A stretch of 64,000 nucleotides of DNA from an uncultured Puniceicoccaceae bacterium (GTDB taxonomy: Bacteria > Verrucomicrobiota > Verrucomicrobiia > Opitutales > Oceanipulchritudinaceae): the NCBI GenBank assembly GCA_963933835.1, contig CAWVVV010000003.1, positions 32,001 to 96,000 of the forward strand. The letters run 5' to 3'. The translations under genes and the position numbers were made by a program. Positions within the stretch are counted from its first letter, which is position 1. Each line of letters opens with the position of its first letter. Below, one piece after another: positions 1 to 10,419 of this stretch. Below the pieces are notes generated by a model. That model made no database searches. It was not told where the DNA came from and saw nothing but the letters and a program-made list of their open reading frames with translations.

Positions 1-2
1 CC

Positions 3-410
3 GTTGTCTATGTTGGAGGCGTTGTTGGTCGATTGAGCGAAGTGCATGCGTACACTGCCGTCGTTGAGCTTTTAACGAGCCCTCGCTTCCGCGTTGCAGC
101 TCATCTCGAGAACGATCTTCGACCACTTCAATTCCAAGGCGGCGACAACCCGCCTTTTCAATCGCCACGCGCAACGCTCTTGAATGTGCCACCGGACATC
201 CGTGAGCGAAACACAAACGAAAGCGCCCATCGAATTGTGAGCTCTCGACTTGGGGGCGTATTTCCTGACGGATTGACACTCGGCTACATCGATGAATTAG
301 AACGTTCCCAAGACGGCCTTTTTCAATCAGGAAAAGCCCTTGTAGACGATCGACTCCTCTCGCTACGCGAAGTCGCCGTCTTAATTCCCTTAAACAAGGA
401 GTCCCCCTGA
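3..410 (+). CDS. mreC: Rod shape-determining protein MreC, 3' part (5' end outside window)
   Basis: Frame open from base 3 (VVYVGGVVGRLSEV..VELLTSP..VSSRLGGVFPDGL.LG); upstream of a membrane protein and PBP2. Confidence 0.85.
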   Translation, partial: VVYVGGVVGRLSEVHAYTAVVELLTSPRFRVAAHLENDLRPLQFQGGDNPPFQSPRATLLNVPPDIRERNTNESAHRIVSSRLGGVFPDGLTLGYIDELERSQDGLFQSGKALVDDRLLSLREVAVLIPLNKESP

Positions 411-935
411 ATGAGGAACTGGCAAACCGTAGCCTTCCTTGGACTCTTCAATTACTTACTCCTAATTGGGGTTAACCTCGTTTCCGATGCCATCGCGCCA
501 TGGAGCATAGCCCTCCATGCGGAAGTCCTACTGCTTGTTTTTCCGGCACTGATGCTTCGGGTCTTACCTGGTCTTAGCTATTGCCTGCTTATCGCGCTCT
601 TACTCGCCAGCCTGCGGCCCTTGGACGCGACCCCGACCCTGATAAGCATTCTTCTAATCTATCACTTACTCATCCTCTTTCGCGGGCGACTTCTCCCCCG
701 AAACCTCAGCAGAATCGGAATCCATTGCGCAGCGCTGCAGCTCGCCAATGTCCTGTTTCTAAGCCTTTGGTTCTATCCTGATAGCGCTGACGTCACAGAA
801 TATTGGATACGATGCTTGTCAGAAGGCGCGCTCTCCGCTTTGTTTGTCGGGGCATTCTCAGGTCTATGGTTCCATTGGCAAGGAGTCATCATTACCGAAA
901 TGGGACAGATTCAAAATGCCCCCGCGAACTCCTAA
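411..935 (+). CDS. mreD: MreD-like integral membrane protein
   Basis: 174 aa, about 5 hydrophobic segments, lies between mreC and mrdA. Confidence 0.65.
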   Translation: MRNWQTVAFLGLFNYLLLIGVNLVSDAIAPWSIALHAEVLLLVFPALMLRVLPGLSYCLLIALLLASLRPLDATPTLISILLIYHLLILFRGRLLPRNLSRIGIHCAALQLANVLFLSLWFYPDSADVTEYWIRCLSEGALSALFVGAFSGLWFHWQGVIITEMGQIQNAPANS

Positions 936-965
936 AACCATCACCCTCCTTATCAAGTAATACCT

Positions 966-2942
966 GTGCGTTGGATCACTAGACGCCGCCTCCGCCGGCG
1001 GCCAACTCCACCGGCGAAAAAACGCCCAGAGGATAGGCTCTCGCCGGGACAAAATTACCAGCGTCATGTTCCGCGCACCCGCTTGCTTTTTCTCCTTGGC
1101 TTTATGGGGATCCTTTTCGCCATTTTACTTACAGGAATGGCGTATCAGCAGCTATTTAAATACGGCTCCCATCGCGAAAAAGAAGCGCGCCAAAACTACC
1201 GCCGAATTCTCCTGCCAGGCCCTCGCGGGAATGTCTACGACCGTGACGGTCGACTCCTCGTGGGGAATAGACCTGTCTTCAATGCGGTTGTAACACTGAA
1301 CGAGTTGCGACCAGAATTCCGTGCCGAATACCGCAAAAGGGCCGCTGCGAAAGACGCCATTCAGCAGCGGATTGATCGTAGCTCCCTCAATATTGAAAGC
1401 CGTAGCGCAGTGGTGCAGCGCTACCTCAACAATCTCAACCGTCTCCTCGACACGACGCATGTCGTGGATAGCAACGGACTCGAGCGCCACTTTCGCCGAT
1501 CACTCCTCCTGCCGTATACGCTCGTAAATGATCTGCCCCCTGAGGACTACGCACACCTCATTGAGCAGATTCCTGTCGAGTCGCCGATTCAGGTCATCAC
1601 TGATAGCGCGCGCTATTATCCACACGGCAAGGCAGCGTGCCATGTCCTCGGATTCGTCTCAAACACCGATCAGCTAAACGCCGCTGATGTTCCCGGCGAG
1701 GATCTCTTAACTTTTCACTTTGAAGGCAAGGTAGGGCGCAGTGGCATCGAACGGATTTATGATGAAGAGCTACAGGGGCGCTCAGGTGGAGAAGTCTGGA
1801 GTGTCGACCCCGGTGGATATCAGCATGAACTGATTGCTCAGCGTTCACCCATTCAAGGTAATGACCTAGTCACTACAATTGATCTCGATCTCCAGCTCAC
1901 GGCCGAACGCGCGCTGGTGGGAAAGTCGGGGGCGCTGGCGGCGATCGATATTACGACAGGCGAAGTGCTAGCAATGGCCAGTCTTCCCAACTACGACGTC
2001 AATGACCTGACGCCTTTCCTTAGTTATGCAGTGGATGAACGCATTCGAGAAGAAGGTGGCTGGCTCAACCGCGCCGCGCAGGGCCTCTACCCGCCCGGCT
2101 CTACCTTTAAAATCGTCACTGCAACCGCTGCCTTGCGCGAGTCCGTCATTGATCGTTCCACGGTCGTCGAATGCCCCGGCTACTACCTTGTCGGCCACAG
2201 AACCTTCCGTTGCCACCGCCATAGTGGACACGGCCCCGAAACCCTTGAGGAAGCGATTCGCGACAGCTGCAACGTCTTCTTCTATGATCGGAGTGCCGAG
2301 ATGGGCGCTGCCCCCATTATCGAAGAAGCTCGCCGCTTCGGCTTCGACGAGCCAACGGGCATCGAGCTTTACGGAGAAACTCGCGGGATGCATGTGCCCG
2401 ATGGAGAATGGAAGAAGGATCGCACTGGTGAAGGTTGGTATGGTGGTGATACGGCCAACCTTTCAATTGGCCAAGGGTATCTCCTCTCGACGCCACTGCA
2501 GGTGGCTTGCTTTGCTGCGTCGATTGCACGCGGCGAAACGAGAACTCGACCTACCCTTCTGAAAGACAACTTTCTGAGAAAAAATCGGCGGAAAATCTCT
2601 GAACCGATCGGCCTGCCCGCCGGTGATTTTCAACGCATTATACAAGGGATGAAAGATGCCGGTAGTATTGGCACCGCTCGCTTAGCGGCTGTAAACACGG
2701 GAGTAGCGGTGGCTGGGAAAACGGGCACCGCTCAAGTAAGAAAAGAGGGCAAGCCAACCACGATCGCTTGGTATATGGGCTTCGCCCCTGCCGATGATCC
2801 AAAGATCGCCATCGCCATCGCGATTGAGGGTATCCCAGGGGAATCAAGCTTGGGTGGTGGCGCTGATGCCGCTCCTATCGCAGCTCAAGTCTTCCGTGCC
2901 TACTTCGAAAAGATGAGCCCAGCGAACCCATCCAGATTTTGA
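966..2942 (+). CDS. mrdA: Penicillin-binding protein 2 (start uncertain)
   Basis: N-terminal TM, PRGNVYDRDG, YPPGSTFK (SxxK), SCN (SxN), KTGTAQ. Confidence 0.93.
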   Translation: MRWITRRRLRRRPTPPAKKRPEDRLSPGQNYQRHVPRTRLLFLLGFMGILFAILLTGMAYQQLFKYGSHREKEARQNYRRILLPGPRGNVYDRDGRLLVGNRPVFNAVVTLNELRPEFRAEYRKRAAAKDAIQQRIDRSSLNIESRSAVVQRYLNNLNRLLDTTHVVDSNGLERHFRRSLLLPYTLVNDLPPEDYAHLIEQIPVESPIQVITDSARYYPHGKAACHVLGFVSNTDQLNAADVPGEDLLTFHFEGKVGRSGIERIYDEELQGRSGGEVWSVDPGGYQHELIAQRSPIQGNDLVTTIDLDLQLTAERALVGKSGALAAIDITTGEVLAMASLPNYDVNDLTPFLSYAVDERIREEGGWLNRAAQGLYPPGSTFKIVTATAALRESVIDRSTVVECPGYYLVGHRTFRCHRHSGHGPETLEEAIRDSCNVFFYDRSAEMGAAPIIEEARRFGFDEPTGIELYGETRGMHVPDGEWKKDRTGEGWYGGDTANLSIGQGYLLSTPLQVACFAASIARGETRTRPTLLKDNFLRKNRRKISEPIGLPAGDFQRIIQGMKDAGSIGTARLAAVNTGVAVAGKTGTAQVRKEGKPTTIAWYMGFAPADDPKIAIAIAIEGIPGESSLGGGADAAPIAAQVFRAYFEKMSPANPSRF

Positions 2943-2947
2943 CGCAT

Positions 2948-2981
2948 AAAAAAGCCACTCCCTAAAAGCAGGGAGTGGCTT
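2948..2981 (-). terminator. Intrinsic terminator between convergent mrdA and TBDR
   Basis: 12-bp stem AAGCCACTCCCT/AGGGAGTGGCTT with an A-run on the left (U-tail on minus strand). Confidence 0.8.
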
Positions 2982-3006
2982 GATTATAAAAACCTTCGTT
3001 AGAAAC

Positions 3007-5412
3007 TTAGAACTTCCAAGTAAGCGTGCCTTCGACTCGAACCGGCAGCTCAGCGAAGATAGACTCACCACCATAAACAGCGTTCGGTGGTGACCAGTTT
3101 TCTTCGTTCGTCACATTCAGAAAGGTCAGAGCGGCCTTCCATGTTTCGGTCTCATAATAGATCGTTGTATCGATGTTGAACTGCATCGGAATAACGAGAG
3201 ACCCCGCTACATTGTTATTCATCTCTGACGTAATAAACCCGGCAACTTGGATGCCATATCCAGCGTCAGCCTTATAAGAAATAAGCGCATTGGCTGTATG
3301 CTTCGGCGAACCCTGACGTTGGTATTCTCCAGGAGGGAGGATAAAGAACGGCGTCTGACCCGGCAACCAAGGTGAGGTATTGTTCACATCGAATTGTGGA
3401 CCATTGACGGTTGAATCCGTAATCGACCAGCTGGCGGTGAAATACCAATTCTTATTAGGCTGATAATTAGCCTCGATTTCAAAGCCCTCAATCGTGAATT
3501 CGTCAATAGAACCATCAATACTCAGATTTGTCCGAACTTGCTCAAAGAGCGCAGCGCCGACGAAGAGCTTGCCCTCAAGATAGGTAGCCTTCGCACCGAC
3601 CTCAAAAAGCTCAGTCTCTTGCTCGAAACGGCTTTTCGAAAAGGTGTAAACGCTGTCGCCATCTTCATCTTCGAGCTGACCGTAGCCACCACCGTTTGCA
3701 GTCGTGCCCCCAGGGTTTTCACTGTAATTGTAAGTGAAGTAGACTGAGAACGTATCGTTCAACTTCCAGAGCGGGCTGATGTTATAGTTCAAAAGACTAA
3801 CACTAATGTCGTCGTCCGCCGTGGCCCATACAGGGACTAACGGATCGCGCCCAGATACGGAGAGGTAGTCGACGCGCACACCACCAAGAATTGTGAAGTT
3901 GTCTGAAATCGCGTAGTTGAGCTGTGCAAAAGGTCCAAAGCCGAAGGCCTCAGAGATACTCGTGTCGCCATTAAAGATTCCCTCCGTTGCATACCGTCCA
4001 GGGTGCCCAGGAACGGCTGGGGCATCGGGCCAATTAACCGAGTTGTATACATCGATAAAATCATTACCGACTGAGAGATCCCATACATTCGCAGGCTCAA
4101 AGAAGAAGTGGTTATAAGCAGTCACCTCTTGGTAGTTGACCGCTGCTCCCACGTTCAGGTCGTATTTTTCGCCCGATCGTTGATACTCAAGGCGAGATTC
4201 TAAGCGCCAGCTTGGATCGATGATTTCTGAGTAGTTATATGAGCTAAAGGTGTCGCGGTTAATGTAATTGAAATACGAGTTACTCACGATTTTCGACTCA
4301 TCATCGAGGGTGAAGGTCTGGATCGCTTGAAGGTTAATGCTGTAACCGTCAGAATCGTCACCTGGCTTGATCAGGCGCCATGCGCGGTCGACCTTAGTAG
4401 TGGGACCCCAAGCCATGCGGTTTGTAACCGGATAGCCCGCAGTGACCCAACGGGAATTCTGAGGATCAGATTGAGCAGCCGCTGGATACTGAGCACCAGG
4501 GACTTGGCCATCATTTCCAAAATCGATCACATTACCTGAGTCGTCCAAATAATCACCACCGGTGAGAGATGGATCAGGATTGTTGTTAACACCAGTAATG
4601 TAGTTACCGTTGTCGATCAAATCCTGGGCAGGACGATTGATTCCAAAGTTTTCAGTGTAGTGAGCGTAGAGAACTTCGCCATTCACAAAGAGCTCGTACT
4701 TGTCATTTGGACGGAAGGTCACACCCGCATAGAGGGCCTGAGTCCGCTTAAAAGAGTGATCGAAGTATCCTTCAGAATCCTCACCTGAATAACTGATACG
4801 ATAGGCCAATTTCTCACTGATCGGACCACCAAAATCGATTGTCCACATCCGTTTGTCATACTGTCCTAAAGTGACTGCGATTTCGCCGCCGAACTCATCG
4901 AAGTAAGGGCGCTTTGTTATAAAGTCTATGTAACCACCCACATACTGTGAAGCTCCATGCACCACTGAAGCAGGTCCCTTGACGATGTTAACCGACTCAA
5001 CCGCATTGAAATTAATTGGCAGGCCGTTACCATTACTGGTCAGGCCTCTGCGGATACCATTCCACATCGTGTCGGAAATCTGGGTGCGGATATCAGGCTG
5101 AGCTGGAGCACCAAAATTTGTCCGAGTGAACGAACTCGAGGTCAATTTCGTGAAATCACGGACATCAGTAATTGAGATAGCGTCCAATTGCTCACGAGAG
5201 ATGATCGTTACACTGCGAGGCGTATCGAGAATGCTTTGGGAGAGCCCAAAGACAGAATCGAACGGTCGAGAAGTTGGCAGGATATTTTCTTCGATCGGAA
5301 TTTCGTCCGAAATGAAGGCATCCAACTCCTGAGGTTCGTCTTGAGCTTGGACAATGCTGAAAGCGGCGCACGTTAATGCCGCTACGGTTAAGTATGATCG
5401 ATATCGTAGCAT
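3007..5412 (-). CDS. TonB-dependent receptor
   Basis: Signal peptide, plug motifs (DTPRSVTIISREQLD; VESVNIVKGPASVVHG), C-terminal NVTNE..TLTWKF. Confidence 0.92.
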   Translation of the reverse strand: MLRYRSYLTVAALTCAAFSIVQAQDEPQELDAFISDEIPIEENILPTSRPFDSVFGLSQSILDTPRSVTIISREQLDAISITDVRDFTKLTSSSFTRTNFGAPAQPDIRTQISDTMWNGIRRGLTSNGNGLPINFNAVESVNIVKGPASVVHGASQYVGGYIDFITKRPYFDEFGGEIAVTLGQYDKRMWTIDFGGPISEKLAYRISYSGEDSEGYFDHSFKRTQALYAGVTFRPNDKYELFVNGEVLYAHYTENFGINRPAQDLIDNGNYITGVNNNPDPSLTGGDYLDDSGNVIDFGNDGQVPGAQYPAAAQSDPQNSRWVTAGYPVTNRMAWGPTTKVDRAWRLIKPGDDSDGYSINLQAIQTFTLDDESKIVSNSYFNYINRDTFSSYNYSEIIDPSWRLESRLEYQRSGEKYDLNVGAAVNYQEVTAYNHFFFEPANVWDLSVGNDFIDVYNSVNWPDAPAVPGHPGRYATEGIFNGDTSISEAFGFGPFAQLNYAISDNFTILGGVRVDYLSVSGRDPLVPVWATADDDISVSLLNYNISPLWKLNDTFSVYFTYNYSENPGGTTANGGGYGQLEDEDGDSVYTFSKSRFEQETELFEVGAKATYLEGKLFVGAALFEQVRTNLSIDGSIDEFTIEGFEIEANYQPNKNWYFTASWSITDSTVNGPQFDVNNTSPWLPGQTPFFILPPGEYQRQGSPKHTANALISYKADAGYGIQVAGFITSEMNNNVAGSLVIPMQFNIDTTIYYETETWKAALTFLNVTNEENWSPPNAVYGGESIFAELPVRVEGTLTWKF

Positions 5413-5568
5413 GAGTTTTATAGTTGGTTAAGGACGTGAACAAAAAATAGCAGAATCATGAACACTAGACCCGAATCTAAGCCGATATTGGTTGAACAAT
5501 GCAACTATCCTTTGAAAATAAATTTACCTTACTTTCGCTTTAAATAGGGCCGAAGGTTCAACGGGCAC

Positions 5569-7368
5569 CTAGGAAAAGAGGGGTTGAATCGTCATCTCAG
5601 GGACCTTCACCAGCCCCTTGTCCGTCAGCCTGATTTCGGGAATAACCGATAGTGGTAAAAGGTTGAAGCCCATGTAGGGTAACGTGCATCCAGCAGCCAC
5701 CCAGGCTTCCTTCAGAATCGTCGTCGCAGCGGCGACTTCGGTCGCCCGTTGGTCCGAAATTAGGCCCGCAACCGGAAGCTCAACTTTGGCCACAATCTCA
5801 CCATTTTGCACCACGACGACTCCACCCTGCGAACCGCGAATTGATTCCACAGCGAGATCCATTGCTGACTCAGAGGTGCCCGCGACAACCACATTATGAG
5901 CGTCGTGACCCACACTGCTAGCGACGGCGCCGTTCTTGAGACCGAAATTTTGGAGGAAAGTGTGAGCGACCTCACCGGATTTACCATAGCGCTCGATCAC
6001 TGCGAGGTGACAGAGATCATTTGCGGCCATAAAATCACCCCAGTCAGTCACACCCGCCGGATTGAATTCAGCCTGCCGATGCAGAGTGACGATCCCCGGG
6101 AGCTCCGTTCGAATAAAATGCACGGTTGAAGCGCTTTCAGGAAGCGCCGGGAGGAGCTTTGGACTCTCGGGCAATTGCACCGTCGTATAGGCTGCCTTGG
6201 GATAAACGTAGCGCTTCTTAGAAAGCTGCGCATCCAGCGATGGCGTTACCTTCTGATCTTCGACGACAAGCTCGCCTCCAAACCAAGTGTTCTGAACCTC
6301 GAGCGCGTCATTCAATAAGACTACATCTGCCCGGCGGCTGTGCCCAAGGGCCCCGAATTCTCCATCCATACTATAGCGCGTCGCAGGGTGCAGTGAACCC
6401 ATACTCCACGCAGTCCAAGGATTGATGCCGGAATGGACCGCCTGACGCGTCACCCAATCGAGGCCAAAGAGGAAGAGGTCGTCGGCATCGCGATCATCAG
6501 TGCAGACGCATACTCGCTTCGTTGAGGTACCCAGATGCGTCACGGCCTTGATCGCCTCGGGTAAGCTATGCCAAGGCGTTGTCGGCGGGCCCCCTCGGAG
6601 AAAGACCCAAACCCCTGCTTCCAATAAGTCGTTTGCGATATCCCGATCAATGGCCTCGTGAGTGTCCGTCACACCGCTAGCGGCGTAGGCGGCTACGAAA
6701 TCGCGGCCGTAAATATGACCGGAGACAACCCGATTGCGCTCCAATGCTGCCGCAATCACTCCGTGACTCCGCTCATCGCCCATACACACTGGGACAAAAT
6801 CCATCTTCTCGCCGAGCCCTAGAATCTCCGGCCACTTATCAAAAAGCTGCCCAGCCTTCTCTGGCGTGAGATCACCGCCACAGGTCTCGAGCCCAGCATG
6901 GGTCGCCGGAATCGTCGACGGGAGGGTGAGGAAAATATTGAGCGGCGCTTGGCGGGCGTCTTCGAGCATCCATTCGATGCCATCGGTGTCACAGACATTT
7001 CCGATTTCATGACTGTCGCAGAAGATCGTCGTCGTGCCATTGAGGAGTGCGGCCTCGGCGTAGGCGCACGCGGTCATCATACTGCTTTCGATGTGGATAT
7101 GCGGATCGACCAAGCCGGGTGCTAGAATGCCGCCATTGGCATCGTAAAACTTTGTCGAACCCTTGGCTGCAAAACTACCGGCTGGCTTCACCGCCGCGAT
7201 TCTTCCCTCTGAAATCCAGATCTCTCTATCATCAATGAGTCGTTCGGTGTAAGTGCTGAGCACCCGACCACCCCTGATCACTAGATCGGGTGCCTCGCGG
7301 CCAGAGGCAACGGCGGCTAAACGGCGGGTTACAGTGTGCAGAGGCGGAACGGAAAAACGAGTAAGCAT
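5569..7368 (-). CDS. ade: Adenine deaminase
   Basis: [61 protein letters not shown]. Confidence 0.92.
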   Translation of the reverse strand: MLTRFSVPPLHTVTRRLAAVASGREAPDLVIRGGRVLSTYTERLIDDREIWISEGRIAAVKPAGSFAAKGSTKFYDANGGILAPGLVDPHIHIESSMMTACAYAEAALLNGTTTIFCDSHEIGNVCDTDGIEWMLEDARQAPLNIFLTLPSTIPATHAGLETCGGDLTPEKAGQLFDKWPEILGLGEKMDFVPVCMGDERSHGVIAAALERNRVVSGHIYGRDFVAAYAASGVTDTHEAIDRDIANDLLEAGVWVFLRGGPPTTPWHSLPEAIKAVTHLGTSTKRVCVCTDDRDADDLFLFGLDWVTRQAVHSGINPWTAWSMGSLHPATRYSMDGEFGALGHSRRADVVLLNDALEVQNTWFGGELVVEDQKVTPSLDAQLSKKRYVYPKAAYTTVQLPESPKLLPALPESASTVHFIRTELPGIVTLHRQAEFNPAGVTDWGDFMAANDLCHLAVIERYGKSGEVAHTFLQNFGLKNGAVASSVGHDAHNVVVAGTSESAMDLAVESIRGSQGGVVVVQNGEIVAKVELPVAGLISDQRATEVAAATTILKEAWVAAGCTLPYMGFNLLPLSVIPEIRLTDKGLVKVPEMTIQPLFS

Positions 7369-7414
7369 GATTGTTAATCAAGAGTTTGGGTTAAGGAAAG
7401 GAGCTGGAGAAAAA

Positions 7415-8989
7415 CTAAAATGAAATATCGAAGTAGCGCTTCGCGTAATCGTAGGTCTCCGCCTCTACTTGCGAGAGTCGGTTCTTCCAGTTCGATGCGC
7501 TGAAGCTTGAGGCGAAATCATTCAATGCATGATCATAAGAGTCTAGGCGATCCGCCTTCTCCACATCAGTCAAATAGGCGAATTCCAGACTATTGCGGCC
7601 CAGCTGCACCAGCTCATCCCACGAGAGGTTGAAGTGACTGACCGCAAGGTAGTATTCATCCGTCATATTCGAAGACCACATTCCTCGGTCATCGGTATTC
7701 AAACAGCATGGGATACCCTGACGCATATAGATCGCAAAGGGATGATCCTTCGGATCGGGAATATACTTAAGGAGGTGATTCGAGATAAGGTTGATCTCGA
7801 CCAAGAACTGCCCGCTTCGCATCAGCTGCATCGTCGATGTATCCATAATCAGATTACACCCATGGCCGATGCGGTTTGCTCCGAGGCGCAGCGTATCCGC
7901 GATGGATGAGTCTGGTTTTTCCGCCTCGCCTGCATGAATCGCGACCCCGATGCCGGGATAGAGCCGCAGCATCTCGTCAAACACCTCTGTAAAGCGCGCC
8001 GGGTGGCCTCGGTTGTCATCCTCGCGACCCGCCATATTGATCCCTCGCCAGAGACCGCGATGCGTATCGAGCCACTTGAAGTGGGTACGCACATCGGCCA
8101 CTGCGTTGTCGGTGAAGCGGATAACAACACTCTGAAAACGAACCAGCACACCCGTTTCGAGCGCATCCGGCTGCTGGAGGCGGTTTTTAAAATAAGCGTA
8201 GGTCTCATCCACCGAGAGCACTCTCCCATCTGGAGCGGTTTTGCCCCACGGATTCTCCATGATCTCGAGGTAACGAACACCTTCCGCTCCATAGCGGCGC
8301 ATGTTCTCAACCATCAACTCGCCGATCACAGTGACATCAAATAAGAGCGCTCCGAGGCGCGGCCAGTGGTACTCAAAAAACTCGTTCCTACCCTCATTCG
8401 CTGAGTCCAAGACGACGGACGACTTCCACGCCTTCTCCTCAGCCTTCGAAAGCGATTCAAGCGCCTTAAAATCCGCCTTAATCGCCGGCTCGAGCCGATC
8501 ATATAGATTACTTTTGATCGTCATCCATTTGATCACGTGTGGCCCCATCCAACCAGCTAACTCAGGAGGCACAGGCGCACTCGACAACTTGAAGCGGGTG
8601 TAGAAAGTCTGCCCACCATTGCGCGAAGGATCCGTTGCGATATCCCACCACATTTCGGGTAGCATCGCCCCACCCATATGGTGATGAATATCCCCGCCCT
8701 TTGGTAGCGCATAAAGGAACTTATAGAGCTCAGTTGGCGTTCCTTCCCGTTTGATCGTTTCGTATACGGCGGCCATCGAGCCCATCGCATCTGGGCCAGA
8801 AGAGAGGCCCGAAAAACTGCGGTGAGGAAATTGGTCGTGCAGCGACGGCATTTCAGGCTCTGTCCCCGCTGGATGCGCTCGACCCGTCACCGCCGCCAAG
8901 AAGCCGGATCCCAGACTTAGGCCGAGAAACGAGCGGCGACTAAATGGAGTTAAAGAAGGCGTATTTTCGGGGTCTGAGGGAGCTGCCAT
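7415..8989 (-). CDS. Tat-exported adenosine deaminase-like protein (ADA2/ADGF type)
   Basis: SRRSFL twin-arginine signal; LPKGGDIHHH, IHAGE, RIGHG, NTDD deaminase motifs. Confidence 0.85.
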   Translation of the reverse strand: MAAPSDPENTPSLTPFSRRSFLGLSLGSGFLAAVTGRAHPAGTEPEMPSLHDQFPHRSFSGLSSGPDAMGSMAAVYETIKREGTPTELYKFLYALPKGGDIHHHMGGAMLPEMWWDIATDPSRNGGQTFYTRFKLSSAPVPPELAGWMGPHVIKWMTIKSNLYDRLEPAIKADFKALESLSKAEEKAWKSSVVLDSANEGRNEFFEYHWPRLGALLFDVTVIGELMVENMRRYGAEGVRYLEIMENPWGKTAPDGRVLSVDETYAYFKNRLQQPDALETGVLVRFQSVVIRFTDNAVADVRTHFKWLDTHRGLWRGINMAGREDDNRGHPARFTEVFDEMLRLYPGIGVAIHAGEAEKPDSSIADTLRLGANRIGHGCNLIMDTSTMQLMRSGQFLVEINLISNHLLKYIPDPKDHPFAIYMRQGIPCCLNTDDRGMWSSNMTDEYYLAVSHFNLSWDELVQLGRNSLEFAYLTDVEKADRLDSYDHALNDFASSFSASNWKNRLSQVEAETYDYAKRYFDISF

Positions 8990-10323
8990 TATCGAACGAT
9001 ATAGAAGAGGATGAACAAGCCACCGATGACGTAGCTAAAGACCGGGACTTCTTTTCCACGGCCGGTGAGAATCATAATGAAAATCCATGAGGCGATGCCG
9101 AGACCAATCCCCTCGGTGACGCTAAAGGTTAAGGGGATGAGCAGCATCGTGATCACCGCCGAGGCCAATTCGGGCAAGTCATCGAAGTCGAGATCCGGCA
9201 ATCCCTGCGCCATAAATATCCCCACCGCAACGAGTGCAGGGGTCGTCGCGACCAACGGAATCATCGTGATCAAGGGTGCGAAGAAAAGCGCCAATAGAAA
9301 ACAAATACCTACTGTCACGGAGGTAAGCCCTGTGCGTCCACCCGCTTCGACACCCGCCGCCGACTCGATATAGGAGGTTGTCGTCGAAGTGCCAAAAAAT
9401 GCTCCGATCGAGGTTGCGACAGCATCTGCCGCCAGCGCTCGACTAATCTTGGGCATTTTGCCTTCGGCATTGAGCAACTTTGCCCGCCGAGCAAGGCCGA
9501 TGATCGTCCCGAGCGAATCAAACAGATCGAGCATCAGAAGCGTCACGAGGAGAGAGATCGTCTCCACGCTGAAATGGGTAAAGGGGTATAAAATATCTAG
9601 CTTGAAGAACGTTTCTCCCATCGACGGAGGGAGTCCAATCAAGCCTAAGAGCCCACCCTCAGAGGGGAATTTAGTCACTGTGCTACCCTGCCCGTCTGGT
9701 ATCAGTAAACCGATGACGGTTAAAGCGACAACGGTGGCAAGGATCGCGGCCGGAAACTTACGCACCGTCAAAGCCACGATCAAAATGATGCCGCCAAAAA
9801 CAAGCAGTGCAGGGGCCGAAGTCAGGTCGCCTATACCCACCAGCGTCGCCTCGTTGTTTATGATGATACCGGCATTCTTTAAGCCAATAAAAGCGATGAA
9901 AAAGCCAATCCCCGTCTGAATTCCAACTTTCACCCCATTCGGAAGTGACTCAGCAAGTTTTGTTCGAAAACCGGTGACCGAAAGGATGAGGAAAATGATC
10001 CCATTCCAGAAGGTCAGCGAAAGTGCGGCCTGCCACGGAAGCCCCATTCCAATACAGATCACAAAAGCGAAGTAGGCATTCGTCCCCATCCCTGGGGCAA
10101 GCGCGATGGGGTAATTCGTCGCATACGCCATCAAGAAGCAACCCAGCGCAGCCGCCAGCGCCGTAACCGTAATCAAGGCCTCAGGCGGCATCCCCGCCGC
10201 CGAGAGAATACTCGGGTTCACCGCGAGGATATAGGCCATCGCGGCGAAAGTCGTCAGGCCCGCTATCAGTTCGGTCCGAACCGTTGTGCCGTTGGCAGAG
10301 AGTTTAAAGAGGCGTTCGAGCAT
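8989..10323 (-). CDS. NCS2 (AzgA-type) purine permease
   Basis: TELIAGLTTF..MAYIL.VNP.ILS, LAPGMG.NAYF, TSYIESAAGVEAGGRTGLT; start placed at MLERLFKL (10323). Confidence 0.93.
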   Translation of the reverse strand: MLERLFKLSANGTTVRTELIAGLTTFAAMAYILAVNPSILSAAGMPPEALITVTALAAALGCFLMAYATNYPIALAPGMGTNAYFAFVICIGMGLPWQAALSLTFWNGIIFLILSVTGFRTKLAESLPNGVKVGIQTGIGFFIAFIGLKNAGIIINNEATLVGIGDLTSAPALLVFGGIILIVALTVRKFPAAILATVVALTVIGLLIPDGQGSTVTKFPSEGGLLGLIGLPPSMGETFFKLDILYPFTHFSVETISLLVTLLMLDLFDSLGTIIGLARRAKLLNAEGKMPKISRALAADAVATSIGAFFGTSTTTSYIESAAGVEAGGRTGLTSVTVGICFLLALFFAPLITMIPLVATTPALVAVGIFMAQGLPDLDFDDLPELASAVITMLLIPLTFSVTEGIGLGIASWIFIMILTGRGKEVPVFSYVIGGLFILFYIVR

Positions 10324-10342
10324 AGTGGGATATGATCTAGTG

Positions 10343-10358
10343 TGCATACAAAATGCCA
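10343..10358 (-). promoter_or_regulatory. Putative sigma54 (-24/-12) promoter of the permease-deaminase operon
   Basis: Minus strand TGGCATTTTGTATGCA with canonical GG-N10-GC spacing, about 20 nt upstream of ATG 10323. Confidence 0.5.
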
Positions 10359-10419
10359 AGAGTTGAAAAAGATACACCCTAGCAGTTGAGTGATGCCATA
10401 GAAGATGTTCTATCAAGAT

